Source: Chloroflexia bacterium (GTDB lineage Bacteria; Chloroflexota; Chloroflexia; Chloroheliales; Chloroheliaceae). Taken from it: a stretch of DNA of 64,000 nucleotides. Position numbers and translations under genes: made by a program. Of this stretch, positions 1 through 10,264 are shown piece by piece (positions within the stretch are counted from its first letter, which is position 1; each line of letters opens with the position of its first letter). The stretch covers positions 49,729-113,728 of the forward strand of contig JBBQWM010000003.1 in NCBI GenBank assembly GCA_038210655.1. The letters are read 5' to 3'. A model generated the notes under the pieces. That model saw nothing but the letters and a program-made list of their open reading frames with translations, had not been told where the DNA came from and did no database searches.

Positions 1-2
1 AC

Positions 3-578
3 CAGCGGTTGGCCCGCAACGATTTTACCGAATATCTCAAGCGCGGCGAAAGCGATTACTTGCGCGGGGTCGCCAGAGAGCAGTTGTCGGCGCTAGTGCC
101 GGACAAGGCCGACAGTCAGGCCAGCCTTTCGCATTGGCGTAATGAGGGCGTGCGGTTGAATGCTGAGGCCAGCAGCGCGGCCAATCCGCGTGGCGAGGGC
201 GAGGAAAAGACCGCGCCGGAATGGGCCAAAGCGGTCGCCCTTTATAATAAGGCTATCGCGGCTTTCGACCGCGCCCTGGAAGCCAATTCTAAAGATGTCC
301 AGACCCGCATAGGGCTACTGGCGGCTTTGAACGAACAGGCCGAGGCTTATCGCCAGATGGGGGAGTACGATCTGGCGTTGGAGAACTATAACCGCGCCCG
401 GCAGGTCTGGCCTCAACCCCGTCAGCTTTTCTTACGGGCTGAGACGCTCTGGGAGGCCGAGCGCAAAGACCTAGCCCGCGCCGCCTTCACCGAATATCTT
501 AAACAGGCCGATGACCCTTCGCTCCGCGTTCAGGCCGAAAAATATTTGCAGATCAAAGAAACAAAGGCTGGACGCTGA
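3..578 (+). CDS. TPR-repeat protein, C-terminal part (truncated by window edge)
   Basis: Frame open from the left edge; TPR-like helices (ALYNKAIAAFDRALEANS, LAEAYRQMGEYDLALENYNRA-like); stop overlaps next ATG (TGATG). Confidence 0.75.
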   Translation, partial: QRLARNDFTEYLKRGESDYLRGVAREQLSALVPDKADSQASLSHWRNEGVRLNAEASSAANPRGEGEEKTAPEWAKAVALYNKAIAAFDRALEANSKDVQTRIGLLAALNEQAEAYRQMGEYDLALENYNRARQVWPQPRQLFLRAETLWEAERKDLARAAFTEYLKQADDPSLRVQAEKYLQIKETKAGR

Positions 579-1933
579 TGCAATCGGTTTCGCTGGTGGT
601 GGTCAGCTACGGTTCCGCTGCGTTCTTGCCGGAATGTTTGTCCAGCCTGATGGCCGAGGTAGCAAACTATAGGGTGGCCCAGGTCGCTTTGGTCGAGAAT
701 AAGCCCGATCAGGCCACCCGCCGCGAGACCGAAAGAGTGGCTGCGCCTTTTATCGCCCAGGGCTTGCGCTATCTGCCCGCTCCGATCAATCTGGGTTATG
801 GAGGAGCGGCGAATTGGGGTTGGGAACAATTGGCTCAGGCCGACCTATATCTTGTGCTAAACCCGGATATGAGCTTTCCGGCTGGCTGGCTGGCCCGTTT
901 TGTGGCTCCCTTTGAGCGGGACGAGCGGGTCGGGGTGGTCGGCTGCAAGCTGCTAAATCGTAATGGCACGCTTCAGCACGCCGGGGGCTTGCTGCGCTAC
1001 GGGCTGGCGCTGGCCGAGCATTTTGGTTATGGCGAACCGAACGACGGACGTTGGGACGAGTCGTGCGAGGTCGAGTTTGTGACGGGGGCGGCGCTGGGTT
1101 TGCGTGGCACGGTTTTGCAAGCGCTGGGCGGTTTTGACCCGGCTTACTTTCCGGGCTATTACGAAGATGTTGATTTGTGCTGGCGGGCGCGGGCTGCCGG
1201 CTGGCGGGTCTGGTACGAAGCGGAGGCTGTCGCCTCCCATTACGAAGGGGCGACTTTCGGGCGCGAACTTGGCTATTACCGGGCGCTTCATCGTAATCGG
1301 CTGCGCTTTGTCTTACAAAATTTCGACAGCCGTACCCTTTTGCAAGAGTTCGTCCCGGCGGAACGCGCCCGCTTGCAAGGCACGCTGGCGGAACTTGACC
1401 GAGCGGCGAGTGGTGCAGTCTACCGGGCGGCGGCGCGTTCATTTAGCCTTAATTTTTCAACTTTGCCCAATCAGGAGAAGAAAGTTATCTTGAAAACATA
1501 TTCTAGTGCTAACGATCTGTTTAGCCATTATGACCCGGCCTTTGAAACCGAATTTAGCGACCCGCAAGAAGCGGCCCTGGTCGAACGGTTGACAACCCAC
1601 GCTGCCGAGGTCAAACAAGGCTGGCTGGTCGAAGAAAAGCCCTTTCGGTCGCGGTTGCCTTTTGTGGCAGCCTGGCGCGAACGGTTTAACTCGATCTCGA
1701 CGCGCTGGTATGTCAAGCCGATCCTGGCCCAGCAGGTCGATTTTAACGCTGCCGTCGCCCGTTCTATCGAGGACCTTAGCAAGCTGGCGCTCGGCAGTAG
1801 CACGGCTAACCAGATGCAAACCGCAACGCTCTCGGCCCGCATGCTGGCCCTCGAAACTCGCCTTGAGCGGATCGAAGCTTTGCTCGAAAAGCTGACCGGA
1901 ATCGATCAGGATAGCGATAATAGTGATGTTTGA
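578..1933 (+). CDS. Glycosyltransferase family 2 (GT2/WbbL-like) with C-terminal coiled-coil extension
   Basis: VVVSY start, LVLNPD (DxD-like), FVTGAALGLR, GGFDPAYFPGYYEDVDLCWRA motifs. Confidence 0.9.
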   Translation: MQSVSLVVVSYGSAAFLPECLSSLMAEVANYRVAQVALVENKPDQATRRETERVAAPFIAQGLRYLPAPINLGYGGAANWGWEQLAQADLYLVLNPDMSFPAGWLARFVAPFERDERVGVVGCKLLNRNGTLQHAGGLLRYGLALAEHFGYGEPNDGRWDESCEVEFVTGAALGLRGTVLQALGGFDPAYFPGYYEDVDLCWRARAAGWRVWYEAEAVASHYEGATFGRELGYYRALHRNRLRFVLQNFDSRTLLQEFVPAERARLQGTLAELDRAASGAVYRAAARSFSLNFSTLPNQEKKVILKTYSSANDLFSHYDPAFETEFSDPQEAALVERLTTHAAEVKQGWLVEEKPFRSRLPFVAAWRERFNSISTRWYVKPILAQQVDFNAAVARSIEDLSKLALGSSTANQMQTATLSARMLALETRLERIEALLEKLTGIDQDSDNSDV

Positions 1934-2065
1934 TAATCAGGCTAATGAAGCCCATCGAGGGTCTTTTGCTGAAACCCTTGCCACTTTCGGGACGTATAAT
2001 ATACTGGGATAACTGGGGTCGTTACAATACAATTTTAGTTTAGTTTTAGCCGAAAGGATCAACCG

Positions 2066-2482
2066 ATGCGAATTATTTACGCGGATGATGCACCTACTAT
2101 TATGGAACAGGTTTGCGACTGTTTGCGAAGTAACGGTCACGAGGCGGTTGGGGTGGAAACCGACAATTTGCTCGATTTCCAGGATCAGATCAGTTTTATG
2201 CTCAAAAAAGGCTTTGCGCCGGATGTGCTGGTACTGGGTGGTCATAATCTTTTGCGCGACCGGAGTGGACAGCCACTACTTGATATAAGCGGGTTTGATT
2301 TGTGTAACTGGCTTTCGGCTGCTCAACCGGTCAAGGAGTGCCGGGTGATCCTTTTCTCACGCGATGAAGACCTTCGTAAATTTGCTCACCAGTACCCGGA
2401 ACTTGGCTTTAAAGCGGTGGTCGCTAAAGACGACCCCAATTATTTATCTAACCTAGTAAGGGCTATCGAAACAAATGAATGA
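2066..2482 (+). CDS. Stand-alone receiver (REC) domain protein, atypical
   Basis: IIYADD acidic pocket, ILFS and VAK motifs present; the beta3 phosphoacceptor position reads PDVLVLGG instead of ...LD. Confidence 0.7.
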   Translation: MRIIYADDAPTIMEQVCDCLRSNGHEAVGVETDNLLDFQDQISFMLKKGFAPDVLVLGGHNLLRDRSGQPLLDISGFDLCNWLSAAQPVKECRVILFSRDEDLRKFAHQYPELGFKAVVAKDDPNYLSNLVRAIETNE

Positions 2483-3194
2483 AGTTTTAGAGCCGGTTGT
2501 GATTGTGGGCGGCTTTCTAAGCGGGCCGAATAATTACACGGGCTGGCAAACCCTGCTGGCAAAACCACCCTATCGGCGGCGCAGTTTTGTAGCCGGGATC
2601 AATTTGGTGGATTGGACGACGACCCGTGACGAGTCTTTCCGGCCTCAGTTGGCGGCAGTCGCCGAGGCGGTCGAACGCGCCCGCCGCACGACCGGGGCCG
2701 AAAAGGTCTGGTTGGTTTGCCATAGCGCAGGTGGGCGGATTGCTCGCCTTTGGATGGGCGATCAACCCTATGGCGAAAGCCGTTGTGGTGGCAATCCTTA
2801 CGTGCGGGGAGTGGTCTTTTTGGGTTCTCCCTACACTACCGCCGAACCCTGGGCCAGACGTAGCGCGGTCTTCGCCAACCAGAATTATCCCGGTGCGTTT
2901 TACCCTCATATCACCTATGTATCGGTTATCGGTAAATCGGTTTTTGGGCAGCGCGACGGCTCTATCGAGCAGCGTTTGGCCTACCGTGCCTATAGTTCGC
3001 TTGACCCCCAACGGGCGGAACGGTGGGGCGATGGGGTAATTACGCTGGCTTCGGCCCATGTGCCAGGAGCCGAAAATCACGTTCTGGATCGGATTTATCA
3101 CGTGGGCCTGTTGGGTCGGCCCGGCTATGTTGCTCCGCAGGCTCTCAAGGTCTGGGCAAGTCATCTGGACTCAAATGAGGCTGCCTCTGCCTGA
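2475..3194 (+). CDS. Alpha/beta hydrolase (lipase/PGAP1-like)
   Basis: Oxyanion VGGFL, nucleophile elbow CHSAGG, GDGVI Asp and late His (IYHVG). Confidence 0.85.
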   Translation: MNEVLEPVVIVGGFLSGPNNYTGWQTLLAKPPYRRRSFVAGINLVDWTTTRDESFRPQLAAVAEAVERARRTTGAEKVWLVCHSAGGRIARLWMGDQPYGESRCGGNPYVRGVVFLGSPYTTAEPWARRSAVFANQNYPGAFYPHITYVSVIGKSVFGQRDGSIEQRLAYRAYSSLDPQRAERWGDGVITLASAHVPGAENHVLDRIYHVGLLGRPGYVAPQALKVWASHLDSNEAASA

Positions 3195-3240
3195 GCTATG
3201 CTATTGACCTGAACACAAAAGGCTAAACCTGAGATAATGT

Positions 3241-3316
3241 AGGTATCAGGTAGCAGGTATCAGGTACCGGGTTTTAGCCGGGCTAAGTCTTACCTGAAGC
3301 CTGAGACCTGATACCT
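3241..3316. repeat. Heptamer tandem repeats in inverted arrangement: (AGGTA[T/G]C)x4 ... (ACCTGAN)x3
   Basis: aggtatc aggtagc aggtatc aggtacc at 3241-3268 and complementary acctgaa gcctgag acctgat acct at 3292-3316. Confidence 0.7.
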
Positions 3317-3380
3317 AAAAAATTAATCTTTAAAGCGCAGACCAGTAATATTAACCCTCGAACAATAAGAAAGGTACTTC

Positions 3381-4268
3381 TTGAAAATAGCAGCTTTTTC
3401 GGATATTCACGCTAACTTGTACGCCCTACAAGCCGTTTTGGAAGATATTAGTCGGTTGGGCGGAGACGTGCAATTGGTGGTAGCGGGCGACTTTTTGAAC
3501 TGCGGCCCCTTTCCACGCGAAACGCTCGAATTGATACGTGCTTTGCCTGGAGCGGTGATTATCGCCGGGAACCACGAGGAGTATGTGCTGGAACAGGACG
3601 CGGCTTTGCAAAATGGCGGTGTGAAGCCGCCCTACCGAACTTTGTTTGCTCCCGCGATCTGGACAACTAACCAGCTTACCAGAGAGGAACTGGAATGGTT
3701 GCGTGAATTGCCCCGGCAGGCGACCCTGGCGGGGCCGGACGGTTCGCAAGTCGCGATTGTGCATGGTTCGCCCCGCCACCAGACCGAGGGCCTTACGCCT
3801 GATTTGGACGAACTTCGGCTGAACGAGATTTTTGAGGGGCAGGTTGCACCGACCCGCCTCTGGATTTCGGGCCATACCCATCGCCCGGTGATTATTCGCT
3901 GGCGGGGAATGACCATTACCAATTGCGGTTCGGTCGGAGCGCCCTTTGATGGGGATCACCGGGCCTCTTATCTGCTGGCGGAGTGGGACGAGCGCCAGGC
4001 CGATTGGTACGTCGAACATCGGCGGGTCGCTTACGATCACGAAAAAGCGCTGGCTGCGATGCAGGCCAATAGCGCCTACGACCAGGGCGGGCCGTTTATG
4101 CGCTTGATGTGGTACAACCTTAAAATCGCCGGTACTTGCGACGTGCGCAGCTTTGTCAGCCATTATACCAAATTGGGCGATTATCCCGCCCCGCCCGATG
4201 ACTTTCCCCACCTCGAAAGGGCGGTTGAGGTGCATCTAGCCCGCTATCAGGCCACCCACAAATCTTAA
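3381..4268 (+). CDS. Calcineurin-like metallophosphoesterase (YfcE family)
   Basis: SDIHAN, GDFL, GNHE, HGSP, GHTH motifs; TTG start with AAGG RBS. Confidence 0.9.
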   Translation: MKIAAFSDIHANLYALQAVLEDISRLGGDVQLVVAGDFLNCGPFPRETLELIRALPGAVIIAGNHEEYVLEQDAALQNGGVKPPYRTLFAPAIWTTNQLTREELEWLRELPRQATLAGPDGSQVAIVHGSPRHQTEGLTPDLDELRLNEIFEGQVAPTRLWISGHTHRPVIIRWRGMTITNCGSVGAPFDGDHRASYLLAEWDERQADWYVEHRRVAYDHEKALAAMQANSAYDQGGPFMRLMWYNLKIAGTCDVRSFVSHYTKLGDYPAPPDDFPHLERAVEVHLARYQATHKS

Positions 4269-4388
4269 ATTTAATAGTCAGTCTAAAATCCAGTTAGAAA
4301 GGGGGTTGACCTTCTGCTCGAAATTATGTAAACTAAAAGGGTGTCGTAACGGTTGGTGGCTGGATAACTTAGATTACAGGCGACTCGT

Positions 4389-6407
4389 GTGGCTCGAAGC
4401 AAATTCTCTTTCAGGCAATCCTGGCCCTTAAAACGAAACCAGTTGGGACTGGCCCTTATAGTTTGGCTGTTGACCGCACTGGTCTTGTCCGGTTGTGGGG
4501 ACGAACCGCGCCCTCCCGTGCGTAGCCAGGTCGATTTGCCGGGCGACCCGACTGCGACCCCGCCTTTTCCGGCGCGGGGTGGGCCGACTACCCCGACCCC
4601 GACCAGCGATGCCGCCCGCGCCTTTGACAGTCCGCCACCGCTTTTCCCGACTAACACCCCTTTGCCCTCGTCTCGCCCGGTCGATGCGACCGCGACGGCT
4701 GGTTTTTTGGAAACCAATTTGACCCCGACCGCCGTCCCGACCGGTCAACTGGCCTATGTCCAGGCCGGCAATCTGTGGCTAATTGATGATACGGGCAGCA
4801 ATCGTCGTCAGCTGACCGATAGCGCCGACATCGGCAGCGATTCGGTTTTAAGCTGGAGTCTGGCGCGTGATCGGCTGGTGTATGTCTCCCGGGCCGCTGA
4901 ATTGTGGACGGTGGATTTGCAGGGTAAGCGCACGCTGGTTTTTAGCGCGACCCGCTCGGCCCGCTTGAGCGCTCCGGCGAAATTACCGCCTTTGCCGACC
5001 GTCCCCCAGCCCGAAACTACTACTCCGCGCCCAAACCCACCCACGCCCACGGCGGCCCCAGTTCGGAGCGGCCTTCAAATATCCAGCCCGGTTTGGTCGC
5101 CGGACGGTCGTTATGTAGCCTTCAATTTCTATGCGGGTGAGAGTGGTTTATTGGCTGGGAGCGAGGTTTGGATTGCCGACTTGTTGACCGAGAAAATTAT
5201 TTTGAAAAAAGTGGGCGATGGTTTTGGGCCGGGCTGGTCGCCCGATAGCCGTACCCTGGCCTACCTGAGCCGAGGCGAGACCCGGGCCGGAGCGCCCCGC
5301 CCGACGATCAATCTGACCCCGCCCGGTACTTCGCTTTTGCCAGTCACACGCGGCTCTAACGCCGAAGCCGCCCAACCCCCGGCCGCTACCACTCCGCCCG
5401 GTCCAAGTCCGGCGGCCCTCACCCCTAGTCCCTCACAGGTAGCGGCCAGCCCGACCTCGTTTATTATCCGGCCCGGTTCGACTTTACAACCCAGCCCAAA
5501 CGGAAGTCCGAGCGCTACGCCTGCCCCCACTCCGACTCCAACCCCGACCCTCAATCTGGTAGCTTTGCCATCGCCGACTCCGACCCCGACTTATCCGCCG
5601 GTCTATCTGGGAAGCTATGCCGCCAACAAGTTATTGCTCTATACTGTTGCTAACGGCAAAACTAGCACGCTACTAGATAGCGATAAGCTGCCGGAAGCTT
5701 TTATTGATGTTAATAATCTGTTGCGCTCGTATGTGCCGGTTCCGTTGCAAGCGGCCTGGTGGTCGCCCGATGGTCGCTATATTGCGTTTGCCGACCGCGT
5801 ATCGGTAGTGGGGGTGCTGGCTATCACGGCGGGGAGTAGCCCGGTAATCTGGACTGGCTTGCCTCAGGGTTATGCCGTTTACGATTTGGATTGGCTACCA
5901 CGCAGCGATGGCGTTTTCTACCGCTTTAACAATCCTTACGGGGATGATAGTAGCCGAGTGGCGTTGGTCACTTTTAGTAATGTTAGTGGTAACGCGGGTG
6001 CAAGTGGGGATGTGACTAACCGAAGTCTAATCAAGATTAACATCTTGTCGGGTACACAAGTGAGTTGTCCGAGCTTATCGCCGGGCGGTAATTATTTTTC
6101 GTACTACGATGGGGCCGTGTTGGTCATAACCAGGCCGGACGGCTCGGTCGTCAGTAGCTATTCCGACTCAACCTGTCCAGCCTGGTCTCCCTTTGGGCGC
6201 ACTTTTGCGACCATCCGCAAAAACAGTGATGGTACGATTGTCCTGAATAGTCTCGATCAAGCCCAACCGCGTTTGCTCTTATCGGCGCGGGCGGTCGAAC
6301 GGGTCTACTGGATACGTTCGGACCCGTCTTACCTGGGCGGTCAACCGCCGGTCGGCAACCCGGTCGCGCCGACCGCCCTCGCCAACCCGCTTACGCCCCG
6401 ACCCTAA
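4389..6407 (+). CDS. Lipoprotein with TolB-like PD40 beta-propeller and Pro/Thr-rich linkers
   Basis: Lipobox LSGC; repeated WSPDGRYVAF/WSPDSRTLAY/WSPDGRYIAF motifs; PT-rich spacers. Confidence 0.8.
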   Translation: MARSKFSFRQSWPLKRNQLGLALIVWLLTALVLSGCGDEPRPPVRSQVDLPGDPTATPPFPARGGPTTPTPTSDAARAFDSPPPLFPTNTPLPSSRPVDATATAGFLETNLTPTAVPTGQLAYVQAGNLWLIDDTGSNRRQLTDSADIGSDSVLSWSLARDRLVYVSRAAELWTVDLQGKRTLVFSATRSARLSAPAKLPPLPTVPQPETTTPRPNPPTPTAAPVRSGLQISSPVWSPDGRYVAFNFYAGESGLLAGSEVWIADLLTEKIILKKVGDGFGPGWSPDSRTLAYLSRGETRAGAPRPTINLTPPGTSLLPVTRGSNAEAAQPPAATTPPGPSPAALTPSPSQVAASPTSFIIRPGSTLQPSPNGSPSATPAPTPTPTPTLNLVALPSPTPTPTYPPVYLGSYAANKLLLYTVANGKTSTLLDSDKLPEAFIDVNNLLRSYVPVPLQAAWWSPDGRYIAFADRVSVVGVLAITAGSSPVIWTGLPQGYAVYDLDWLPRSDGVFYRFNNPYGDDSSRVALVTFSNVSGNAGASGDVTNRSLIKINILSGTQVSCPSLSPGGNYFSYYDGAVLVITRPDGSVVSSYSDSTCPAWSPFGRTFATIRKNSDGTIVLNSLDQAQPRLLLSARAVERVYWIRSDPSYLGGQPPVGNPVAPTALANPLTPRP

Positions 6408-6615
6408 GAGCGTAGATTTTGCGGGCTTTTCCCAGCTTCTTTTTCGCTTCTTCGATGCGCTCTTCCAACCCGGCTACCCGCTTTTTCCAGCCTTCCTGCT
6501 CCTGCTTGTTTTTGGCAGCACTGGCAGCGTAAATCTGGTACATGCCCAACGTTTTTTCGAGCATCTCAATCTCATTTTCGATCCACTTGGGGTCGGTTGA
6601 AGCTCCACCTCGCAT
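6391..6615 (-). CDS. Small coiled-coil hypothetical protein (74 aa)
   Basis: Strong RBS AAAGGAG upstream of ATG; amphipathic heptad pattern; convergent overlap with previous stop. Confidence 0.6.
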   Translation of the reverse strand: MRGGASTDPKWIENEIEMLEKTLGMYQIYAASAAKNKQEQEGWKKRVAGLEERIEEAKKKLGKARKIYALRVGA

Positions 6616-7109
6616 AGCATTACTCCTTTAAATTAACAGGGATGTACACACCCATACGGGCGTAAACAGGCTAAAATATAGTCCCCTGTGACTGGCTAGT
6701 TTGATTGGCCCGCTTGCGTCCTGCTCACAGCATCGCTTTCTTTAGTTTAAGACAGGTTTTATATAATTATAACCCATCTCAAGCTGACTATAGCTGACTA
6801 TAAAGGAAGGTTTGGAGAAGAGATGAGTAAGGAAAATAAGAAAAAGTGATTAATAGGAAAAGCTGCCTGACACCTAAAGAGGGGTCGGCAGCTAAACCTG
6901 AGGGGATAGGGGAAGAGATGTTGAGAGGGTCTGGAGGAGCTGACCCACTCAGCACTATGGCTTAAATTCAATGGATAAGTGCTTTCGAGCTTGCAGAACC
7001 TTTGGCTCTACCTATTTGTATTTCCTTCATGGCTATAATAGCGCAGAGATGTTAATAGGACTTTAAGAAGTCTTTAATATCCTGTTATAGCCGGGTTAAA
7101 GTTTAGTTC

Positions 7110-7146
7110 AAAAAAAAAGCCCTCACCTAAATACTGTGAGAGCTTT
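7110..7146 (-). terminator. Rho-independent terminator of the lipoprotein gene
   Basis: Minus strand: aaagctctcac-loop-gtgagggc followed by T9. Confidence 0.75.
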
Positions 7147-7174
7147 ATTCTGAAGTTTATCTGATTGGGAGGAC

Positions 7175-7621
7175 TTATTTCTCTCCCGTGAAGACCATAT
7201 AAAGCGTGTCTTTATCGGTCACGCCGGTAAACCCGATCAAACTGGCAGCGGAACCAGGCAGGCCCATTATAATAGCAGCCTTATTATCCTTCTGATAACC
7301 AACCACAAAGCCTTTGAGTTGGTCTAGCGATTTGGCTGCGTCCGCCCCCATTTCGCTGGTCTTGTCGTCCCAACCGTTCTTGCTAAAGTTGTCGGTGAAG
7401 AAAGACTTAACCTTGTTGGTGTCGTCGCCAGTCTTGTAGGCTTCGACTTTGGCGTTCTTGACATCCTTGATCCCCGAAGTAAACTGGGTCTTGAGTGCGT
7501 CCGGCATGGTAACACTGGTACCGCCAGTGTAGGTAGGAACGGTAGCATCTCCGCCACAGGCCACCAGTAGGACGCTTGTCAACAGGGCCATGATAAACAG
7601 AGATACAATACGTTTTTTCAT
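7175..7621 (-). CDS. Lipoprotein of unknown function (148 aa)
   Basis: True start MKKRIVSL at 7621 with AAGGAG RBS; lipobox LVAC; core motif AYKT..D...K.KSFF...F..NGW. Confidence 0.8.
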   Translation of the reverse strand: MKKRIVSLFIMALLTSVLLVACGGDATVPTYTGGTSVTMPDALKTQFTSGIKDVKNAKVEAYKTGDDTNKVKSFFTDNFSKNGWDDKTSEMGADAAKSLDQLKGFVVGYQKDNKAAIIMGLPGSAASLIGFTGVTDKDTLYMVFTGEK

Positions 7622-8035
7622 AGATACTCTCCTTCTAAACTGCTTGACTAATAAAATCAGTTGCAAAAGTCTCACAAATAACGGATCGCACCTTACTAGC
7701 AATCTGTAGAACCGGATGATAAATACCTTAGTGTGAATTATACACTCATTTAGGTTAAAACCAGTGCCTACAATCACAGTTTTTGAGTTAGCTAAGTCAT
7801 AGCTTATGGCTTCTTCTTCGAGTCAGATCAGGCTATTTTTACAACAGCCATTTGTCTTTTGTGAGGGCCAGGTTTGGTTAAGGTTGGAAAATTAGAGATG
7901 GGTTAAAGAATTAGGAATACCGATTGGTTTATTAAAAAGGCCGTAGGTTAAAAGCTCATGCTAAAAGACGGCTTCAATCTAAGGCAGTTCAAAAGGATTA
8001 AAGCCGTTTTAACACTGATAAATTGTTTGATAAGG

Positions 8036-8272
8036 TTAGATCTCGTAAGAAAGCGGCAAGGGGCCACTCTTGAGTTGGCGACTGGCTTCTAGGGCGGTGG
8101 CTAGATAGGCCCGTGCATTCGCCAGATTTGTCCAGATGTAATGAAATTCGCTCCCCTGGCAGGTACTAATTTGGAGGGCCAGCCGGTTCACCTCGGCTTG
8201 TACCTGCTCGATCTCCTGGCACAACTCATTTTTGCCCTGCGTCCCACGCTTGTCCAATTCAGCTTGTTTCAT
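8036..8272 (-). CDS. Small hypothetical helical protein
   Basis: GAGG RBS before MKQAEL; downstream hairpin plus T-run at about 7962-8012. Confidence 0.45.
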   Translation of the reverse strand: MKQAELDKRGTQGKNELCQEIEQVQAEVNRLALQISTCQGSEFHYIWTNLANARAYLATALEASRQLKSGPLPLSYEI

Positions 8273-8577
8273 ACTTTTACCTCTTTCCCCGGTCTGCACA
8301 TCAGTAAGTTAAGTTTGTTAGTATAATAAGTCAAGATTAGCCATTTGTCAAGTTATTGGCGATTTAGCCTAATTTTAGCATACTCAAGTTGAGTAAGAAA
8401 TGAGCAGTTTTTGGTCTGGAAATTTAACATTCTGATGGTAAACTGGTACTGTTTTGAAACGGTAAACTTATTGGACAGGTTTTGTAAAATGGTAATTCTA
8501 GGATCGGTTCGGTAAGGGAAAGTTATCGACCGCTGGAGCGGGCTTTGGGGTAAAAATATAAAAAGTAGGAGAGAGCT

Positions 8578-10011
8578 ATGTCAAAATACCAGTATGATTT
8601 AGTCGTAATTGGGGGTGGTTCAGGTGGATTAGTAGCGGCCAGGGTGGGGGCAGCGTTGGGCGCTCGTACCTGCTTGATTGACAAAGAACGGTTAGGGGGC
8701 GATTGTTTGCATTATGGTTGTGTGCCTAGCAAAAGTCTGATCCACGCTGCCAAGATCGTCCAAACCGCGCGTGAGGCGGCTATGTTTACCGTTAGCGGAG
8801 AAGAAGTTAAGCTAGAAATTGACATGGCGAAAGTGACCGCTCGGATTCAAGGGGTGATCGAGCGTGTGAGCGAGGCGGAGCAGGTTTACGTCGAGGATGT
8901 GGAGGTAAAGTTTGGTCAGGCCGAATTTGTATCGGCTCACGAGTTGCTATTGGACGGTCAGAGCCTGACCGCTCAAGCTTTTATCATCGGCACTGGCTCC
9001 CGGCCCAATGTGCCAAATTTAGAAGGTTTGGAAGAGGCCGGGTATTTGACCAACGAAGATGTATTTGATTTGATGCATCTGCCGCCTACGGTAGTGATCG
9101 TGGGGTGTGGGCCGATTGGGGTCGAGATGGCCCAGGCTTTTGCCCGGTTGGGTAGCCAGGTGACGGTGTTACAGGGGCCAGACCGCATCTTGCCCAGAGA
9201 AGAGCCGGAAATGTCCGAAATTATCAGCGAAGTCCTGACCCGTGCTGGCGTAAAGGTATTGACCGGGACGCGGTTGCAACAGGTTCGCAAAGAGGGTGAT
9301 AAGAAAATCGTGCTGGCGAAACGGGTCGATAACGAAGTGGTAGAAATATCCACCGACGAGATTATTCTGGCGCTGGGACGCACCCCCAATACTGCTGGAT
9401 TAAAGCTGGAAGAGGCCGGTATCAAGTACGACGCGAAGGGGATCAAGGTCAACGATTATTTGCAGACCGAGGCCGATAATATCTACGCCATTGGCGATGT
9501 GATCGGCGGCTACCTGTTTACCCACGTGGCGGCTTATCAGGGTGGTGTAGCCGTCCGCAATGCGCTGGTTCCGATTGGGCGCAAAAAGGTCGATTATCGG
9601 GTCGTTCCCTGGACGACCTTTACCGACCCGGAAGCTTCCCGCGTCGGTCTGACCGAGGAAGAAGCCCGCAAACAGCATGGCAAAATTCAGGTATTGCGGT
9701 TCCCATGGAAAGAGATTGATCGCGCCCAGGCCGAAGGCGAAACGGATGGTTACATCAAGCTAGTGCTGAACGAAAAGGGCGAAGAAATCCTGGGAGCGCA
9801 TTTGGTTGGGGCGCGGTCGGGAGAAATGCTGGCGGAAGTCGCATTGGCGATGCAGCACAAATTGGGGATTAGTGGCATTCTGGCGACGATCCACGCCTAC
9901 CCAACTATCGCGACCGGATTGCAGAACGCCGCATTTGAAGCTTATCTCGCCTCAAATGCGGCTCGCTCAAACAAAAAGATCGTTAGCACCGTGCTTTCGT
10001 TCCGAGGTTAG
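8578..10011 (+). CDS. Class I pyridine nucleotide-disulfide oxidoreductase (dihydrolipoamide dehydrogenase/mercuric reductase-like)
   Basis: GGGSGG FAD motif, redox pair GGDCLHYGCVPSK, GCGPIG NAD(P) motif, HAYPT; no MerA C-terminal Cys pair. Confidence 0.9.
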   Translation: MSKYQYDLVVIGGGSGGLVAARVGAALGARTCLIDKERLGGDCLHYGCVPSKSLIHAAKIVQTAREAAMFTVSGEEVKLEIDMAKVTARIQGVIERVSEAEQVYVEDVEVKFGQAEFVSAHELLLDGQSLTAQAFIIGTGSRPNVPNLEGLEEAGYLTNEDVFDLMHLPPTVVIVGCGPIGVEMAQAFARLGSQVTVLQGPDRILPREEPEMSEIISEVLTRAGVKVLTGTRLQQVRKEGDKKIVLAKRVDNEVVEISTDEIILALGRTPNTAGLKLEEAGIKYDAKGIKVNDYLQTEADNIYAIGDVIGGYLFTHVAAYQGGVAVRNALVPIGRKKVDYRVVPWTTFTDPEASRVGLTEEEARKQHGKIQVLRFPWKEIDRAQAEGETDGYIKLVLNEKGEEILGAHLVGARSGEMLAEVALAMQHKLGISGILATIHAYPTIATGLQNAAFEAYLASNAARSNKKIVSTVLSFRG

Positions 10012-10025
10012 GCCATTTTTATTGT

Positions 10026-10115
10026 GTAGAGGCGACCCATGCGGCAATTGCTCCAAGTAATTAGAAAGTCGATCTGTAATTATTTGGAGCAATTGCCGCA
10101 TAGGGTCGCCCCTGC
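10026..10115. repeat. REP-like palindrome, family B (GTAG-GGCGACC...GGTCGCCC)
   Basis: gtagaggcgacccatgcggcaattgctcc ... ggagcaattgccgcatagggtcgcccctgc inverted arms just after the stop codon. Confidence 0.75.
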
Positions 10116-10264
10116 CAGCCCGATGCCTTTGCAATTTGCTGTAAAGCCTGCCTTATTTCAATGGGGTTGCTCCTGACCCGTAAACCTTTCTTAATTCCCC
10201 TCCAAAGCCCGGCACAAATAGACTTTATGTACAGATATGAACTCTATTCTTCACTTTAAAATCG

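Noticed and set aside
6682-6740. c-di-GMP-I riboswitch-like GGACGCAAGC motif upstream of the 74-aa ORF
   Set aside because: Lacks a convincing GCAAA/GNRA-capped P2 and P1 pairing. An Infernal search with RF01051 would be needed.
8578-10011. merA call
   Set aside because: No C-terminal Cys-Cys pair, no NmerA domain and no mer operon genes.
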